Positions 38,531 to 54,021 of a stretch of 64,000 bases of DNA are shown here, piece by piece. How positions within the stretch are numbered: the first letter of the stretch is position 1; every line of letters begins with the position of its first letter. This DNA is from Octopus vulgaris. Lineage: Eukaryota. The notes below the pieces were generated by a model, which saw only the letters and a program-made list of their open reading frames with translations, ran no database searches and had not been told where the DNA came from. The stretch spans positions 34,968,001-35,032,000 of the forward strand of contig OX597829.1 in assembly GCA_951406725.2 (NCBI GenBank), in the 5' to 3' direction. Position numbers and translations under genes: made by a program.

Positions 38531-38912
38531 CTCACACACACGTATTTATCTATATGTCTATATATAAATATCTATATGTCTATATATATATGTATATATA
38601 TATATACACACATATATATGCCTACACACACACACACATATATATATATGTATATATATAGCTACAATAAAATATCATAACGATAAATTAATATGATATA
38701 TTGAATACATTAAATGGCTATAGCAATTAAAAACCAAAAAGGTAGAATACATAAGTAATGGTGCAAATAGCACCTGCGGTTGCTAGAAATAAGAGCTGAA
38801 ATATATAACTCGAAAAGCCACACAAAATCACCAACCTCATGTGAGCGGCAAGCCACAACATCATCCTCCAGCGAGATAAAACTCACAGAATGAAATAATT
38901 TGATAAGATACT

Positions 38913-38979
<67 letters not shown>

Positions 38980-39164
38980 TTTCATGTACATATGACTCTC
39001 CTGATATATATATATATATATATATCAGGAGAGTCATATCTACTTGAAAGAATATTGAAAGCTTGTGGATACCTAAGGTTAGAGGTAGAAACCGGCTACC
39101 CACATATATTCTGCTAGGAATAAGACAGAACCTGAGCCAAACCAAAATAATAATACTTATTAAT

Positions 39165-39717
39165 ACTTGATTTATTGATCCCGAAAGGATGAAAAGCAAA
39201 GTCGACCTCGACGGAATTTGAACTCAGAGCAGCGACGGCCGAAATACCGCTAAACATTTCGTCCAGCATGCTAACAATTCTGCTAGCTCGCCGCCTTAGC
39301 AATAGTAACAATGATAGTAACAATGATTTAACATTTTTACCACAAGAGCAGCTTGGGGAGGGGATTAAGTCGATTACATCGACGCCAGTACGTAACTGGT
39401 ACTTATTTAATCGACCCCGAAAGGATGAAAGGTAAAGTCGACCTCGGCGAAATTTGAACTCAGAACGTAGCGACAGATGAAATACATATTTCTTTACTGC
39501 CCACAAGGGGCTACACACAGAGGGGACAAACAAGGACAGACAAACGGTTTAAGTGGATTATAACGGCCCCAATGCGTAACTGGTACTTATTTAATCGAGC
39601 CCGAAAGGATGAAAGGCAAAGTCGACCTCGGCGGAATTTGAACTCAGAACGTAGCGGCAGACGAAATGCGGCTACGCATTTCGCCCAGCGTGCTAACGTT
39701 TCTGCCAGCACGCCACC
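39165..39717 (-). mobile_element. Stack of three S1 SINE copies or fragments
   Basis: gaaaggatgaaa.g.aaagtcgacctcg at ~39183, 39419 and 39603. Confidence 0.88.
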
Positions 39718-39727
39718 TTAATAGTAA

Positions 39728-39783
<56 letters not shown>

Positions 39784-39843
39784 TTAATAGTAGTAATATT
39801 ATTTTTATGTATGTATGTATGTATGTATCTATCTGTGTGTGTG

Positions 39844-39900
<57 letters not shown>

Positions 39901-40035
39901 GTATATATATATATATTCATATATATATACATACATACATACATACATACATACATACATGTATATATATGTGTGTGTGTATAGATATATATGTATATAT
40001 ATTCATACATACATACATACATACATACATACAAA

Positions 40036-40068
<33 letters not shown>

Positions 40069-40092
40069 CATTCATACATACATACATACAAA

Positions 40093-40129
<37 letters not shown>

Positions 40130-40165
40130 TATATATATGCGTGTGTATGTGTGTGTGTGTGTGTG

Positions 40166-40430
40166 AAGGCGTATGGCTTAGTTGTTAAAGTGTTGCATTC
40201 ACGATTGCAATATCGTGGGTTCGATTCCCAGACTGGATGTTGCATAGTGTTCTTGAGAAAAGTACTTCATTTCACGCTACTCTGCGATCATTTGGGCATC
40301 TGACATGTGGCACCCTTTGCAGGTAATGTCAATCTGATGGAGTGAGTGAGCTTATGTCTACACAAACATTTGATCACTATAAATATAACAAATTATGTGT
40401 GGTTGTTCGGCAAGAAATTATCGAACCATC
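40166..40430 (+). mobile_element. tRNA-derived SINE S4
   Basis: A box tggcttagttgtta, B box gggttcgattcc; ends at (TCA)n. Confidence 0.65.
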
Positions 40431-40449
40431 CTCATCGTCGTCGTCATCG

Positions 40450-40510
<61 letters not shown>

Positions 40511-40518
40511 ATATATAT

Positions 40519-40639
<121 letters not shown>

Positions 40640-40683
40640 CATATATACATACATACATACATACATATATATATATATAAATA

Positions 40684-40898
40684 AGGCGAGCTGGCAGAAA
40701 CGTTAGCACGCCGGGCGAAATGCGTAGCCGTATTTCGTCTGTCGTTACGTTCTGAGTTCAAATTCCGCCGAGGTCGACTTTGCCTTTCATCCTTTCGGGG
40801 TCGATAAATAATGTACCTGTTTCGCACTGGGATCGACTTTATCCCTTTGTCCTTGTTTGTCCCCTCTATGTTTAGCCCCTTGTGGGCAGTAAAGAAAT
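40684..40898 (+). mobile_element. SINE S1
   Basis: Matches the S1 consensus including tail. Confidence 0.9.
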
Positions 40899-40914
40899 AT
40901 ATATATATATATAT

Positions 40915-41309
40915 CTTTACTCTTTTACTTGTTTCAGTCATTTGATTGCGGCCATGCTGGAGCACCGCCTTTAGTCGAGCAAATCGACCCCGAGACTTAT
41001 TCTTTGTAAGCCCAGTACTTATTCTATCGGTCTCTTTTGCCGAACCGCTAGGTGACGGGGACGTAAACACACCAGCATCGGTTGTCAAGCAATGCTAGGA
41101 GGACAAACACAGACACACAAACACACACATACATATACATATATACGACGGGCTTCTTTCAGTTTCCGTGTACCAAATCCACTCACAAGGCATTGGTCGG
41201 CCCGGGGCTATAGCAGAAGACACTTGCTCCAGATGCCACGCAGTAGGACTGAACTCGGAACCATGTGGTTGGTTAGCAAGCTACTTACCACACAGCCACT
41301 CCTGCGCCT
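40915..41309 (-). mobile_element. Full-length SINE S2
   Basis: Reverse complement begins aggcgcaggagtggctgtgtggtaag, has a B box and ends gactgaaacaagtaaaagagtaaa. Confidence 0.88.
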
Positions 41310-41321
41310 ATTATATATATT

Positions 41322-41353
<32 letters not shown>

Positions 41354-41365
41354 TATTTACAGAAA

Positions 41366-42190
41366 TACGAGATGGTATCAAAAAGTTCCTTGGAAATAGT
41401 CACCTACAATATACTGGTTCCACCGTTCCTGCTACTTTTGGAATCCGGCTTGGAGGTCATTTTCCGTAAACGAGTCGAAGACTTTCTGCGATTCGCACGA
41501 GAAATCGATGGCAGTGTTAAAATGGCGACCTTTCAGGTGCATTTTCATCATGCCGAAGAGACGGAAGCCCGCAGGTGCTAAATCTGGTGAATAAAGCGGA
41601 TGCGGAAGCGACACCGTGTTGGTTCTGGCGAGAAAAGCTCGGCGGGAGTGTTTATTTTCAGAGATACGCTGCATGTTCAACTCAGCCGTTATGATTTTCT
41701 GCACGGACCCATACGATAAATAAACATCAGCAACGTCATTGATTGTCCTCTGACGATCGTCACGCACAAGCTGATGAATTTTCTCAACATTTCCGGGGGT
41801 GATGTTCTTGGCAGGTCTTCCGGATCGCTCATCGACTTCCAGGGTTGTTCTTCCGCTTTTGAATCGCTTGTACCAGTCGAGCCATTGCCTCGTCGCCGCA
41901 GACTTGCTGAAGCACGCTCAATGTCTCTGTAACAGACTTTCCAAGTTTAACGCAACATTTCATGTTGGCTCCTTGTTCTAACTTCCTGTCCATGACAAAA
42001 TCACAAAGTATAGCATATATGTGATAAACCGCCCCCGCCCCATACAAAAAACAAAAACAAAACACAAATTTCGCACTTGCGAAGTCAACACAGCGATGTC
42101 AATTGGTACACCGCCTCATGAAAGTCACTTCTACTTCTCACTCTGCACAGAACCGTGTGCTGCCATCTGTTGGCGTGCTACAGAACTAGT
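41366..42190 (-). mobile_element. Mariner transposon relic
   Basis: TIR-like tacgagatggtatcaaaaagtt; MDRKLEQ.ANMK.CVKLGKS.TETL; LPHPLYSPDLAP..F.LF..MK..LKGRHF. Internally deleted. Confidence 0.88.
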
Positions 42191-42228
42191 GAGTATGTAT
42201 ACATATAATATATGTAAACACACACACA

Positions 42229-42330
<102 letters not shown>

Positions 42331-42559
42331 TGTATACATTATGCTGCTCCTTATCGTCAAAGTGTCGCTAGCATCGTGCCAACATTCTGCCCAAGCATGC
42401 GGCTCTAAGAAAATAAAGAAAATAGCCAATGTAGCTTTGGATAACGTTAATATCACGTGACCTGCCACGTGATATTAATAGAGGTCTAAACAAGAATTTA
42501 TTTTGAATTTCTTTCAAAACTCCCATTGAGAACTCCCTAGTATCTGATAACGTGCCAAC

Positions 42560-42800
42560 GAAGCTTTAAGAATCGCAAGACAGCTTCTTCAAGTCTAGCC
42601 AACAGGAAGGCGACATAGTGGCAGAAGAATGAAACGGTTGGATAATATCCATGGTGTCAGTTGGCCACGCTTGGGAATCCAGTCGGAAAGTGTAATGGTG
42701 GTCGCTTTTGATAGGACCCTATGGAGGAGGTACCCAAGGACTCTACCCGTCCCCAACGCCCTTTCCAGAAATAGTGGGCTGAGAAGATAGATGGATGGAT
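42560..42800 (+). mobile_element. RTE (Rex3/Expander-like) LINE 3' fragment
   Basis: PTGRR.SGRR..R.DNIH....LGIQ.E.VMVVA; ends in gatggatggat; reverse-complement copy near 46040-46260. Confidence 0.65.
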
Positions 42801-42820
42801 ATATCTGTGTGTGTGAGTTT

Positions 42821-42903
<83 letters not shown>

Positions 42904-42941
42904 TGTGTGTGTCTGTGTATGTGAGTTTGAGTGTGTGTGTG

Positions 42942-43070
42942 CATGGTAGCATCTACATTGCTAGAAATAAGAGTCAAAGGCCCTAATAGCCACAAAGTCA
43001 GTGGCTATACATATGTCTGTGGCTAAAAATGTTTTTGACTCTTATTTCTAGCAGTATAGGTGCGACCATG
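42942..43070. repeat. ~130-bp MITE-like inverted repeat
   Basis: catggtagcatctacattgctagaaataagagtcaaa pairs with tttgactcttatttctagcagtataggtgcgaccatg. Confidence 0.75.
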
Positions 43071-43146
43071 AACACTATTAGTGACAATTGAAATCTTCCT
43101 TTTTGCTTTTTATATTGAGTCTAGCCACCTTTATTATTATTATTAC

Positions 43147-43198
<52 letters not shown>

Positions 43199-43286
43199 AT
43201 AATTATTATTATTGTTGTTGTTGTTGTTGTTGTTGTTATTGTTATTGTTATTGTTATCGTTATAATTATTATTATTATTATTGTTA

Positions 43287-43332
<46 letters not shown>

Positions 43333-43400
43333 CATTATTATCATTATTATTATTATAATTATATATATATATATATATATTTATTGGTATGTATATATTT

Positions 43401-43436
<36 letters not shown>

Positions 43437-43580
43437 TTATTGAGATATATATAGATTTATTGACATATATTTATATTTGTTTATTGATATATATATATAT
43501 GCGCACATGTATGTATATATATATATATATATGAATAACTATTATTCGCCGCCCCATACCTATATAATACACACATACAT

Positions 43581-43714
43581 GTGCGCGTAAATGCATATAT
43601 AAATTTACGTACAGCTGCGTCTATACACGTATGTATGTTTCTATTTAGTTATGTATGCGTTTATAAAGACTCAAATTACAATAAAGCAGAAACACTCAAT
43701 ACTCCCTACCCCCA

Positions 43715-43812
<98 letters not shown>

Positions 43813-44180
43813 GCACATACACTCATAAATATAGAATGCGAGCAAGCGAGTAAGAGAGAGAGAGAGAGAAAAAAGGGAGAAAGAGAGAAAGGGAGAGAGA
43901 GATAATAAACGTACATAGGTATGTATAACTATGTGTACATATATTCATGTATGTTTGTATCTATGTATTATGTATATATGTATGTGCGCGTGTATATGTG
44001 TACTGAGTGTTTCTGCCTTATTGTAATTTGAGTCTTTATAAACGCATACATACATACGTGTATACACGTATATATATAGAAGCATATTTACGTGTATACA
44101 CGTATATATAGAAGCATATATATATACGTGTATACAAGTAGCTGTACGTAAAATGATATATATGCATTTAGGCGCAGCAT
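43581..44180. repeat. Inverted duplication (~120-bp arms) around (TA)n/(GA)n
   Basis: atgcgtttataaagactcaaattacaataaagcagaaacactca at ~43656 and its reverse complement at ~44004. Confidence 0.8.
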
Positions 44181-44333
44181 ACATACATAGGTATATAAAT
44201 ATACATATATACATATGTATATATATTTACTGACAACAAATGCACACGTAGATATAGATATGCATAAATGTGTGCTTAACCTATGTATGTGTGCATATAT
44301 ACATCCATGTATGTACGTATGTTTGTATGTATG

Positions 44334-44381
<48 letters not shown>

Positions 44382-44704
44382 TGTATGTATGTATGTATGT
44401 ATGTATGTATGTATGTATGTATGTATGTATGTATGTGTGTGTATGTATGTATGTATGTATGTATGCATGTATGTATGTATGTATGTGTGTGTATGTATGT
44501 ATGTATGTTTGTATGTATGTGTGTGTATGTATGTATGTATGTTTGTATGTATGTATGTGTGTATGCATGTATGTATGTTTGTATGTATGTATGTTTGTAT
44601 GTATGCATGTATGTATGTATGTATGTATGGGTGTGTGTGTATGTATGTGTCTGTCTACTTGCATGTTTGTCTGCCTGTTTGTCTGCCTGTCTGCCTGTCT
44701 ATCC

Positions 44705-44796
<92 letters not shown>

Positions 44797-44838
44797 GCCT
44801 ACTTACCTCCCTCCCTCCCTCCCTCCCTACCTACATAC

Positions 44839-44905
<67 letters not shown>

Positions 44906-46039
44906 CCTATCATTGATACGAATGCGCGTGAACTAATATAGATGTTTATATTAAATGCACTGATTTACACAGAAAGATAAAGACAAAAAAAAAATCATAT
45001 AAATATGTTTATATTTATTAAACAATGAATGTGTAAATAGAAATCTGAAAAGAGTCGGGAACGAATTAATGGTAAGATTAAATGAAATTCAAATTTATAT
45101 TTAGTTTGCTATATTTTTGAAGTCATATTTTCTAGAACTGCTATTTATTTATTTTTTGTTTTCTCTTTGAAATCTAACTTAGCATAATGTCTAATTTGAG
45201 AATAAAATGCCGAGTTATTTAATTTAAAATCATTGGAAAAAAAATTTAACAATAACATGCTCTATTTGTTGCAGATTATGTAATATTTCCTATTCAAAAT
45301 TTTGGTATGTGCCATTGATGAAGATGTAAAATCTCAGTGAAGTAAACTCTATTATATGATTTCAATCCTCGGCGGATTTTGTTTTCTTCTTTTCTAATTC
45401 TATTTTGCAAACTCAGTAAACGCTGTCAGGAAGTGCATGGATTCATATTTCAGCATTTGTTCTAGTAAAGAAATGTAGCATAAAGTCAAGTGGAATGTAT
45501 TAAGCAAATTGCGAAGAGCAATTCAACCGAGTCAAGATGACCAACCAGTTTCGATTTTTTTTTTCACTCTTTGAAGGCGTTAATACATAACACTCAAAAA
45601 TATTTTAAAAAACAAAACTGCTTACTTTTTCTTCGCCTAAATCACAAAGCTTCAAGTCCTGTCAAAACAAACAATCTTTGTGTCACTAAAGTGCAGAATC
45701 ACGAAGAGAAAACATTAATCTTAGGAGCCAAGTCGGTTTCTATTCTTTTACCGAGTAAAACACGAACCAATTCACCCTAATTAATATCATTTATATCTAT
45801 CTAAAGTATATTTTGTACTTGTAAAATATTGCGATATATTCGAATACTTTAGTGAGAACCGTAGAATGAGAAGTAAAATGTTCATTGCTAAAGGCCATGA
45901 ACGCATCTCCCTCAAATACAACAATAGACTCTGCTGCGAAAGATAAAACATAAGCACGGAGAGACTAGAAAGAGGAAGGGAAAAATAACCTTTAGTTAAC
46001 AAAACAGTTCATCTTGATGTAAATCTGTTTCGATTTATT

Positions 46040-46300
46040 CCACCCATCCACTATTCATGGGGACATTATGAGGGTAGGGTACTCATGTACCTTCTTATAG
46101 TTCCATCAGAAGCAACCACCATTACACTTTCCGGCTGGATTCCCAAGAGCGACCCACTGAGACTATGGATATTATCCAAACATCTCGTTCTCCTGCCACT
46201 GTGTCTCCTTCCTGTTGGCTAGATTTGAAGAAGCTATCTCGCGAGTCTTTTCTGTGGATGTATGACCTCTCAATACAGAGATGTAGCGGTTCGACCTGGA
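46040..46300 (-). mobile_element. RTE (Rex3/Expander-like) LINE 3' fragment
   Basis: Reverse complement aligns with 42585-42750. Confidence 0.65.
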
Positions 46301-46493
46301 GAGACTCCGATCTCCGAGCTACTTTCCTTATCAGGTAAACGTTACTCCTGAGATTCTTCCCACATTTCGGCTGCTTATATTCGCGATCGTGTTCTTTCGG
46401 TCATCATCCAACATTAATGATGATAGGGAAGGATACGTATAAAACCGAATTGAAGATTTAAATTTATTAAGACTACTTGTTTTTGAGATGGGT

Positions 46494-46722
46494 CGGCGAG
46501 CTGGTAGAAACGTTAGCACGCCGGGCGAAATGCGTAACCGTATTGCGTCTGTCGTTACGTTCCGAGTTCAAATTCCGCCGAGGTCGACTTCGCTTTTCAT
46601 CCTTTCGGGGTCGATTAATTAAGTACCAGTTACGCACTGGGAATCGATGTCATCGACTTAATCCGTTTGTCTGTCCTTGTTTGTCCTCTCTGTGTTTAGC
46701 CCTTTGTGGGTAATAAAGAAAT
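46494..46722 (+). mobile_element. SINE S1
   Basis: Matches the S1 consensus including tail. Confidence 0.9.
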
Positions 46723-46980
46723 AAGTAAACTATTTTACAATAATCTTTGTGAGCAAAAAAGTTAAATCTGATGTTTGCAAGATATATTATTTTCCCACTT
46801 AAGCATATGCTGATATACAACAGTTGTGAAATTAAAATAAAGATCATGAAAATGTCCCTTATCGCAAATAATAATAATAAATCACTGAAATTTATCATTT
46901 ATCACTTTGTTTATGCATAAGGATGTTTTAGCTTAGATATTTCACTGAAATGCTATTTTAATTTTATGGACAAAACTTAT

Positions 46981-47363
46981 GGAAGCACTCCGTCGGTTAC
47001 GACGACGAGGGTTCCAGTTGATCCGATCAACGGAACAGCCTGCTCGTGAAATTAACGTGTAAGTGGCTGAGCACTCCACAGACACGTGTACCCTTAACGT
47101 AGTTCTCGGGGATATTCAGCGTGACACAGAGAGTGACAAGGCCGGCCCTTTGAAATACAGGTACAACAGAAACAGGAAGTAAGAGTGAGAGAAAGTTGTG
47201 GTGAAAGAGTACAGCAGGGATCACCACCAACCCCTGCCGGAGCCTCATAGAGCTTTTAGGTGTTTTCGCTCAATAAACACTCACAACGCCCGGTCTGGGA
47301 ATCGAAACCACGATCCTACGACCGCGAGTCCGCTGTCCTAACCACTGGGCCATTGCGCCTCCA
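46981..47363 (-). mobile_element. Full-length tRNA-derived SINE S3
   Basis: Reverse-complement head ggaggcgcaatggcccagtggttaggacagcggactcgcggtcg..gtttcgattcccag with A and B boxes; flanked by a short atgga direct repeat. Confidence 0.85.
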
Positions 47364-47813
47364 CATGGACAAAACTATTTTTAGAAAATCCTTTGACATT
47401 CATCGTCTGTTACAAATATTACTAAAGTACACACATATTCACAAATGTGAGAGCTTTTGAGTGATTTACTCAAACTGCTAGCACACAAATCTTCTAGAGA
47501 TCAGTCAGAAATGCACATTTTAATGATGAATACAGAAACTTGACTGGGAACGTTGTTTATGGAGAAGTCATGTAAGTAAATGAAATAAAATATTTGAAAA
47601 ATAAAAGTTTTAGTTAAATGATATAAGAAGATTATTCATCATGCTTTTGCTTACGAAGACAACCTAAATTTCAACAATTTACACAATTAAAAATCACCCA
47701 ATGTAACGTCGATTTTTCTGAAAATGAAAATAGAAGCAAATAACTTTCGAACCCCTTGAAAAGCTCATTGTATTTAAACTGAATATGCTATATATTAAAT
47801 GTATCATTTAAAT

Positions 47814-48021
47814 CAGGGGTGGGCGAACTTTTTTGATCGCGGGCCGCACAGTGCGTCTTTGGAACCTTGGCGGGCCTCATTTATAAAAAATCAAGTGAAA
47901 ATATTTTTAAAGGCGGTTATAGACTTATAAACACACAATTGATTGAAAGGAAATTTTGTGAAATATTCCTCTCGGCGGGCCGCATGAAAGCCTATGGCGG
48001 GCCGTAGTTTGCCCACCTCTG
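47814..48021. mobile_element. hAT (Charlie-like) MITE, 208 bp
   Basis: TIRs caggggtgggcgaact / agtttgcccacctctg, subterminal gcgggccg motifs, perfect 8-bp TSD atttaaat. Confidence 0.92.
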
Positions 48022-48196
48022 ATTTAAATGGACAAACAAATTAAATTTCAAATTTTACCATCTTGCCCAGCGAAATGTCGGGTATCAAACTAGTCATTAC
48101 CGCGCCGAACAAATTGCTTAGCGGCATTTCTTCCGACTATTGTTCCGAGTACAAATGTCACTGGGGTCAACTTTGCTTTTCATCCTTTACGGATCG

Positions 48197-48489
48197 AAGT
48201 GACACTGGGGTAAAATATACGAAGCCCAGTATACCCATCATGACTACCCGTCTGATAAGGGTACACCAGGCACATGCATCACAACCATATGGTTGCGACA
48301 TGGTGATCTCATATCAAGATAAACAGCACATGACCTTGCAGGTGGGGCCCAGTTAGAATTTTCTTCTGGTCGAGTAACCTATCCCGCTCAAAAGGTCCCT
48401 GAATAAGGGTTGTTTAAGGATGTTGAACGAGACACCCATGTTTCCAGAGGTGAATTATTCAAACTCCAAAGAATCCCTCTTAACACATG
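48197..48489 (-). mobile_element. Family X element, truncated copy, preceded by an S1 fragment (48065-48195)
   Basis: Matches the left half of 50675-51220. Confidence 0.85.
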
Positions 48490-48686
48490 TAGATGCAATT
48501 TTTTTTAATAGAGAACTCCGAAATTAGAAAAATCAAAAACCTGCAAAAATCTCAGTCCCATGAGTATCGGATAATGGATTTTCAACTGTGTAAAGAAACT
48601 GATTGTGGTGATCGTAGTTTTGATGGTGATTGTGGTGAAAGAAGAGACAGTGTTGACGATGACGATGGTTGAGATAAATATGGGAA

Positions 48687-48804
48687 GAGGTTATGTTTTT
48701 TGCTAGTATTGGTTTGGGAAATTGGGCGATTTTCAGCATGCGTGTATATGGGTGGAAATGAGCTGCTTGGCGGAGGTCTGCGCTCTCCCAGTGCTTTTCT
48801 AGTT
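48687..48804 (+). mobile_element. Short Helentron/HINE-like element
   Basis: gaggttatgtttt...cttggcggaggtctgcgctctcccagtgcttttctagtt; second copy at 17452-17570. Confidence 0.55.
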
Positions 48805-49064
48805 GTATGTGATATCTTTATTTCTATTTGTAAGACTAACAAAACTTTTTGTTCTTTTTTCATATGTCGACTTATTGTACGTAATATCTTTTTGTAAATA
48901 AATTGTTTCTATTTGTAAGTCTAATAAAACTTATTCATAATTTTTATTTTGTTTTAAAAAATGTCGACATATTATCCTTTCGGCAATTTGTCCAATCGGT
49001 CAATTGTCCCATCTGTAAGTTGTCTGTCGGCCAATTGTCTGTCGACGCATTGTCTGTCTAACAC

Positions 49065-50637
49065 TTTTGTAGCAGTTCTACTGGGAACTCTATTCCAATT
49101 TCCTTTATATTTCCCTTGATGCCTATTGATACTGTTCCCAAGGACCCAACAATAATTGCCATTATCTTCACCTTCTTCATTTTCCATAGCCGGGCTATTT
49201 CGCATTTAAGTGGGTTGTATCTATATATTTATTTTTTTGCCTTCCTTCTTGACCATTCGTGGGTTTAAGGGGCATGCGACATCAACTATATAGCATATGT
49301 GATGCATCTTGTCCACCACCACTAGGTCCGGTCTGTTATGCTCTAGCACCTGATGTGTTTGGATTGGGAAATCCCAGAGGATTTTGCTAGTTTCCGACCC
49401 CACCACTCTCTGTAGTTTGTGCTCATAACATGTCTTGCCTCTCTCTAGCCTCCACTTTTCGCACAGTTTCCAATGTAGCTACCTGGTCGTGTCGCCACAA
49501 CTTGTGGGGCATTCGTTCGTGATATGGGCAATGATTTCAACCATTCTATTGCAGATGCGGTACAGCGGAGACACTTGCTCATTCCTAACGTTCACACTCC
49601 AGTTCGTGACCAAAGGTTAGTCTTGCGCTGCCAGTATAACGCTCTCGGTCTCTTTTTTTAGGGTTCCTTTCACCAGCCAATCCTACCTATTTTTTCCAGC
49701 ATCTTCTGTGTGGCTTCATGGAATTGATTGTGCAGTCCCGTCTTGCATAATTCTTCTTCATGTCCTTTTTCTACCTTGTTTTCCCTTTTTTCTCTGCTTT
49801 CAATACTCTCTCGTTCCTAACTGTCACTAGAAAGGTTTCCTGACTTTGGGCTTGGTATCTCATTAAGCTACCGAGTTCGATACGCTCGTTGTCTTCCACA
49901 TTTACCAATACCCTTTCTCCATTTGCTCTCTTCATGTAAAGGCGATGATGGGCTCCATGCATTGTTAGGAGCTTTCTTGACTTCCTGTCCACTCCTATAG
50001 CTCTTCCTCTGTTTACTTCAGGAGTCCAGTGCCATACCGAACTACTGCGACTGCGTGCGAGTTTATTGCCGGAATTATGTTTCTGACATTCAGCTTTGAA
50101 GCCAATACTTTCCTCACTCACCGCAGGTACTCTCTTTTTGGATTTTTTTCCTTCATGCCGTGGTGCTTGATTCCATCTGCCTCAAGTATTCCCAGGTATT
50201 TATAGCTGGATTGAGTTTGAATAGGCTTCATCATTTCACCACTTGGCAACCATATGCCTTTTGTCTTGGCAAGCTTTCCCAGTCTCATCATCATCGTAGC
50301 ACATGAGAGTCCAAACTCTACCTTAATATCATTGGAGAAAATATGCACAGACTGGACTAGGCTGTTCAGTTCTGCCTAAGTTTTATGAATAGCTTCAGAT
50401 CATCCATGAATAGCAAGTAGTTCAGTTTTCCATTACCTCTTCCCAGATCATACTTTTTTTTCTGTAGTATTTCACTCAAGGAAGGGGGTCATTCTCAGCA
50501 CGAATATTACTATCCTCCTGGTGGATTCGACACTTGGTTTTCACCTCTCCTAGTATTTTCTTCCCTGCTTTCAATTCCGTTCTCCAGCATTTCATGCTAT
50601 TCCATTTAAGGGTTGTCATATTTTCTGCAGCTCCATA

Positions 50638-50640
<3 letters not shown>
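49065..50640 (-). mobile_element. Decayed R4/Dong-type LINE (RT to RLE)
   Basis: LLFMDDLKL, FSNDIKVEFGL, YKYLGILEAD, DRKSRKLLTMHGAH, KILWDFPIQT....HNRPDLVVVDK...IVDVACP. Confidence 0.87.
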
Positions 50641-50674
<34 letters not shown>

Positions 50675-51220
50675 GAGTGAGAGAGCAGTGCATGCCATCA
50701 AAGTGACACTGGGGTAAAATATACGAAGGCCAATATACCCATCATGACTACCCGTCTGATAAAGGTACACCAGGCACATGCCATATGTGCGCGACATGGT
50801 GATCTCATATCAAGATAAGCAGCACATAACCTTGCAGGTGGGGCCCAGTTAGAATTTTCTTCAGGTTGAGTAGCCCATCCCGCTCAAAAGGTCCCTGAAT
50901 AAGGGTTGTTTAAGGATGTTGAAAGAACCACCCATGTTTCCAGAGGTGAATTATTCAAACCCCAAAGAATCCCTCTCAACACATGGCTATGATGCTCCCC
51001 CACTACTTCTGCTCGTGATCAGAGATGCACATGTCGTCAGCCACTAAGGGACATGCTCAACTGGTTAAGGTCAAACAACTGACAAGCAAATCTGTGGTAT
51101 TGAGCAGAATATTTGCTGTAGCCCATCTTTTATACCAAGACAAAACAATGTACATGATAACACTTCCAATCAGTTAAGATCAGAAGCCATGAGAGCCACT
51201 GCCTGGTACTGCATCAGGGC
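50675..51220 (-). mobile_element. Family X element, full copy
   Basis: gagtgagagagcagtgcatgcc...gtactgcatcagggc with (TTA)n on the left. Confidence 0.9.
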
Positions 51221-51325
51221 TATGAGCAGAATATTTGCTGTAGCCCATCTTTTATACCTGAGCAGAATATTTGCTGTAGCCCATCTTTTATACCTTAGCC
51301 CATCTTTTATACCTTAGCCCATCTT

Positions 51326-51589
<264 letters not shown>

Positions 51590-51611
51590 TCAGTAGTCTT
51601 ATTTTTATTGC

Positions 51612-53219
<1,608 letters not shown>

Positions 53220-54021
53220 GCTATCTGTCTGTCTGTGTATCTATCAATAAGCACATATTTAGTAGTTTGTTTTCTTTAAATATTTTTCTTAAATTTTATA
53301 ATCAATAATTATATGATAATAAGTATTGTTTTTGGGCACTTTAATCTGGATGTCCTCCAAGAGACGACGATACTGTTATTTAATCCCAGGAAGACATCTC
53401 CTCCCGCTGGTTTATTCAGAGTACTTCTCGCAAACGATATTTATTGCAAGTGGAGCTTCAAGACCACCAGCCCACGTGGTTTCGATCTGTACTGGATCTC
53501 CTCGATGGCTGGTACTCGTTCACCTAGCATGGCATTAGTTTAACCTCGCTTGCAATATATGCTTGATACAGTGCTATACAATCACTGATTTTGTAACTAA
53601 GAAACTAGTCCGTTAGCAAATCCCTGTTCGAGATAGAAGCTGAGTATATAGTCCCTTTACCAACTTAGCATTTGGAGTAATTTAATTAAATATAACAATG
53701 ATATAATGACATAATTGTATCATTATTATTAATATTGTTGCTGTAGTTGCTGCTGTTATGACTATTATCAACAATATGGTGAGCTGACAAAATCATTAGT
53801 AAGAAGAACGAAATGATTTCTCGCATTTTGTCCTTCTTACTCAGTTTTTGTTAACTTTGTTTTTCATAAATTTGGTATCTGTATAATTAATACCAGTTAC
53901 CTGCTGGAGTCATAGAAATTCACTAATACCATCTTCCTTGCTTCTGGAATTGTACATACAATTTTTATCGTTAATTTCATCTCAATTGTTATTACTATTG
54001 CAGATGTTTATTATTATTATT

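Noticed and set aside
47285-47363. tRNA gene
   Set aside because: tRNA-like SINE head: the acceptor stem does not close and the sequence continues into a repeat body. The same applies to the S1, S2 and S4 heads.
50930-51060. Type III hammerhead in family X (minus: catGTC..CTGACGA...GAAACatg)
   Set aside because: Stem III pairs but stem I is only 2 bp and stem II does not close convincingly; probably chance.
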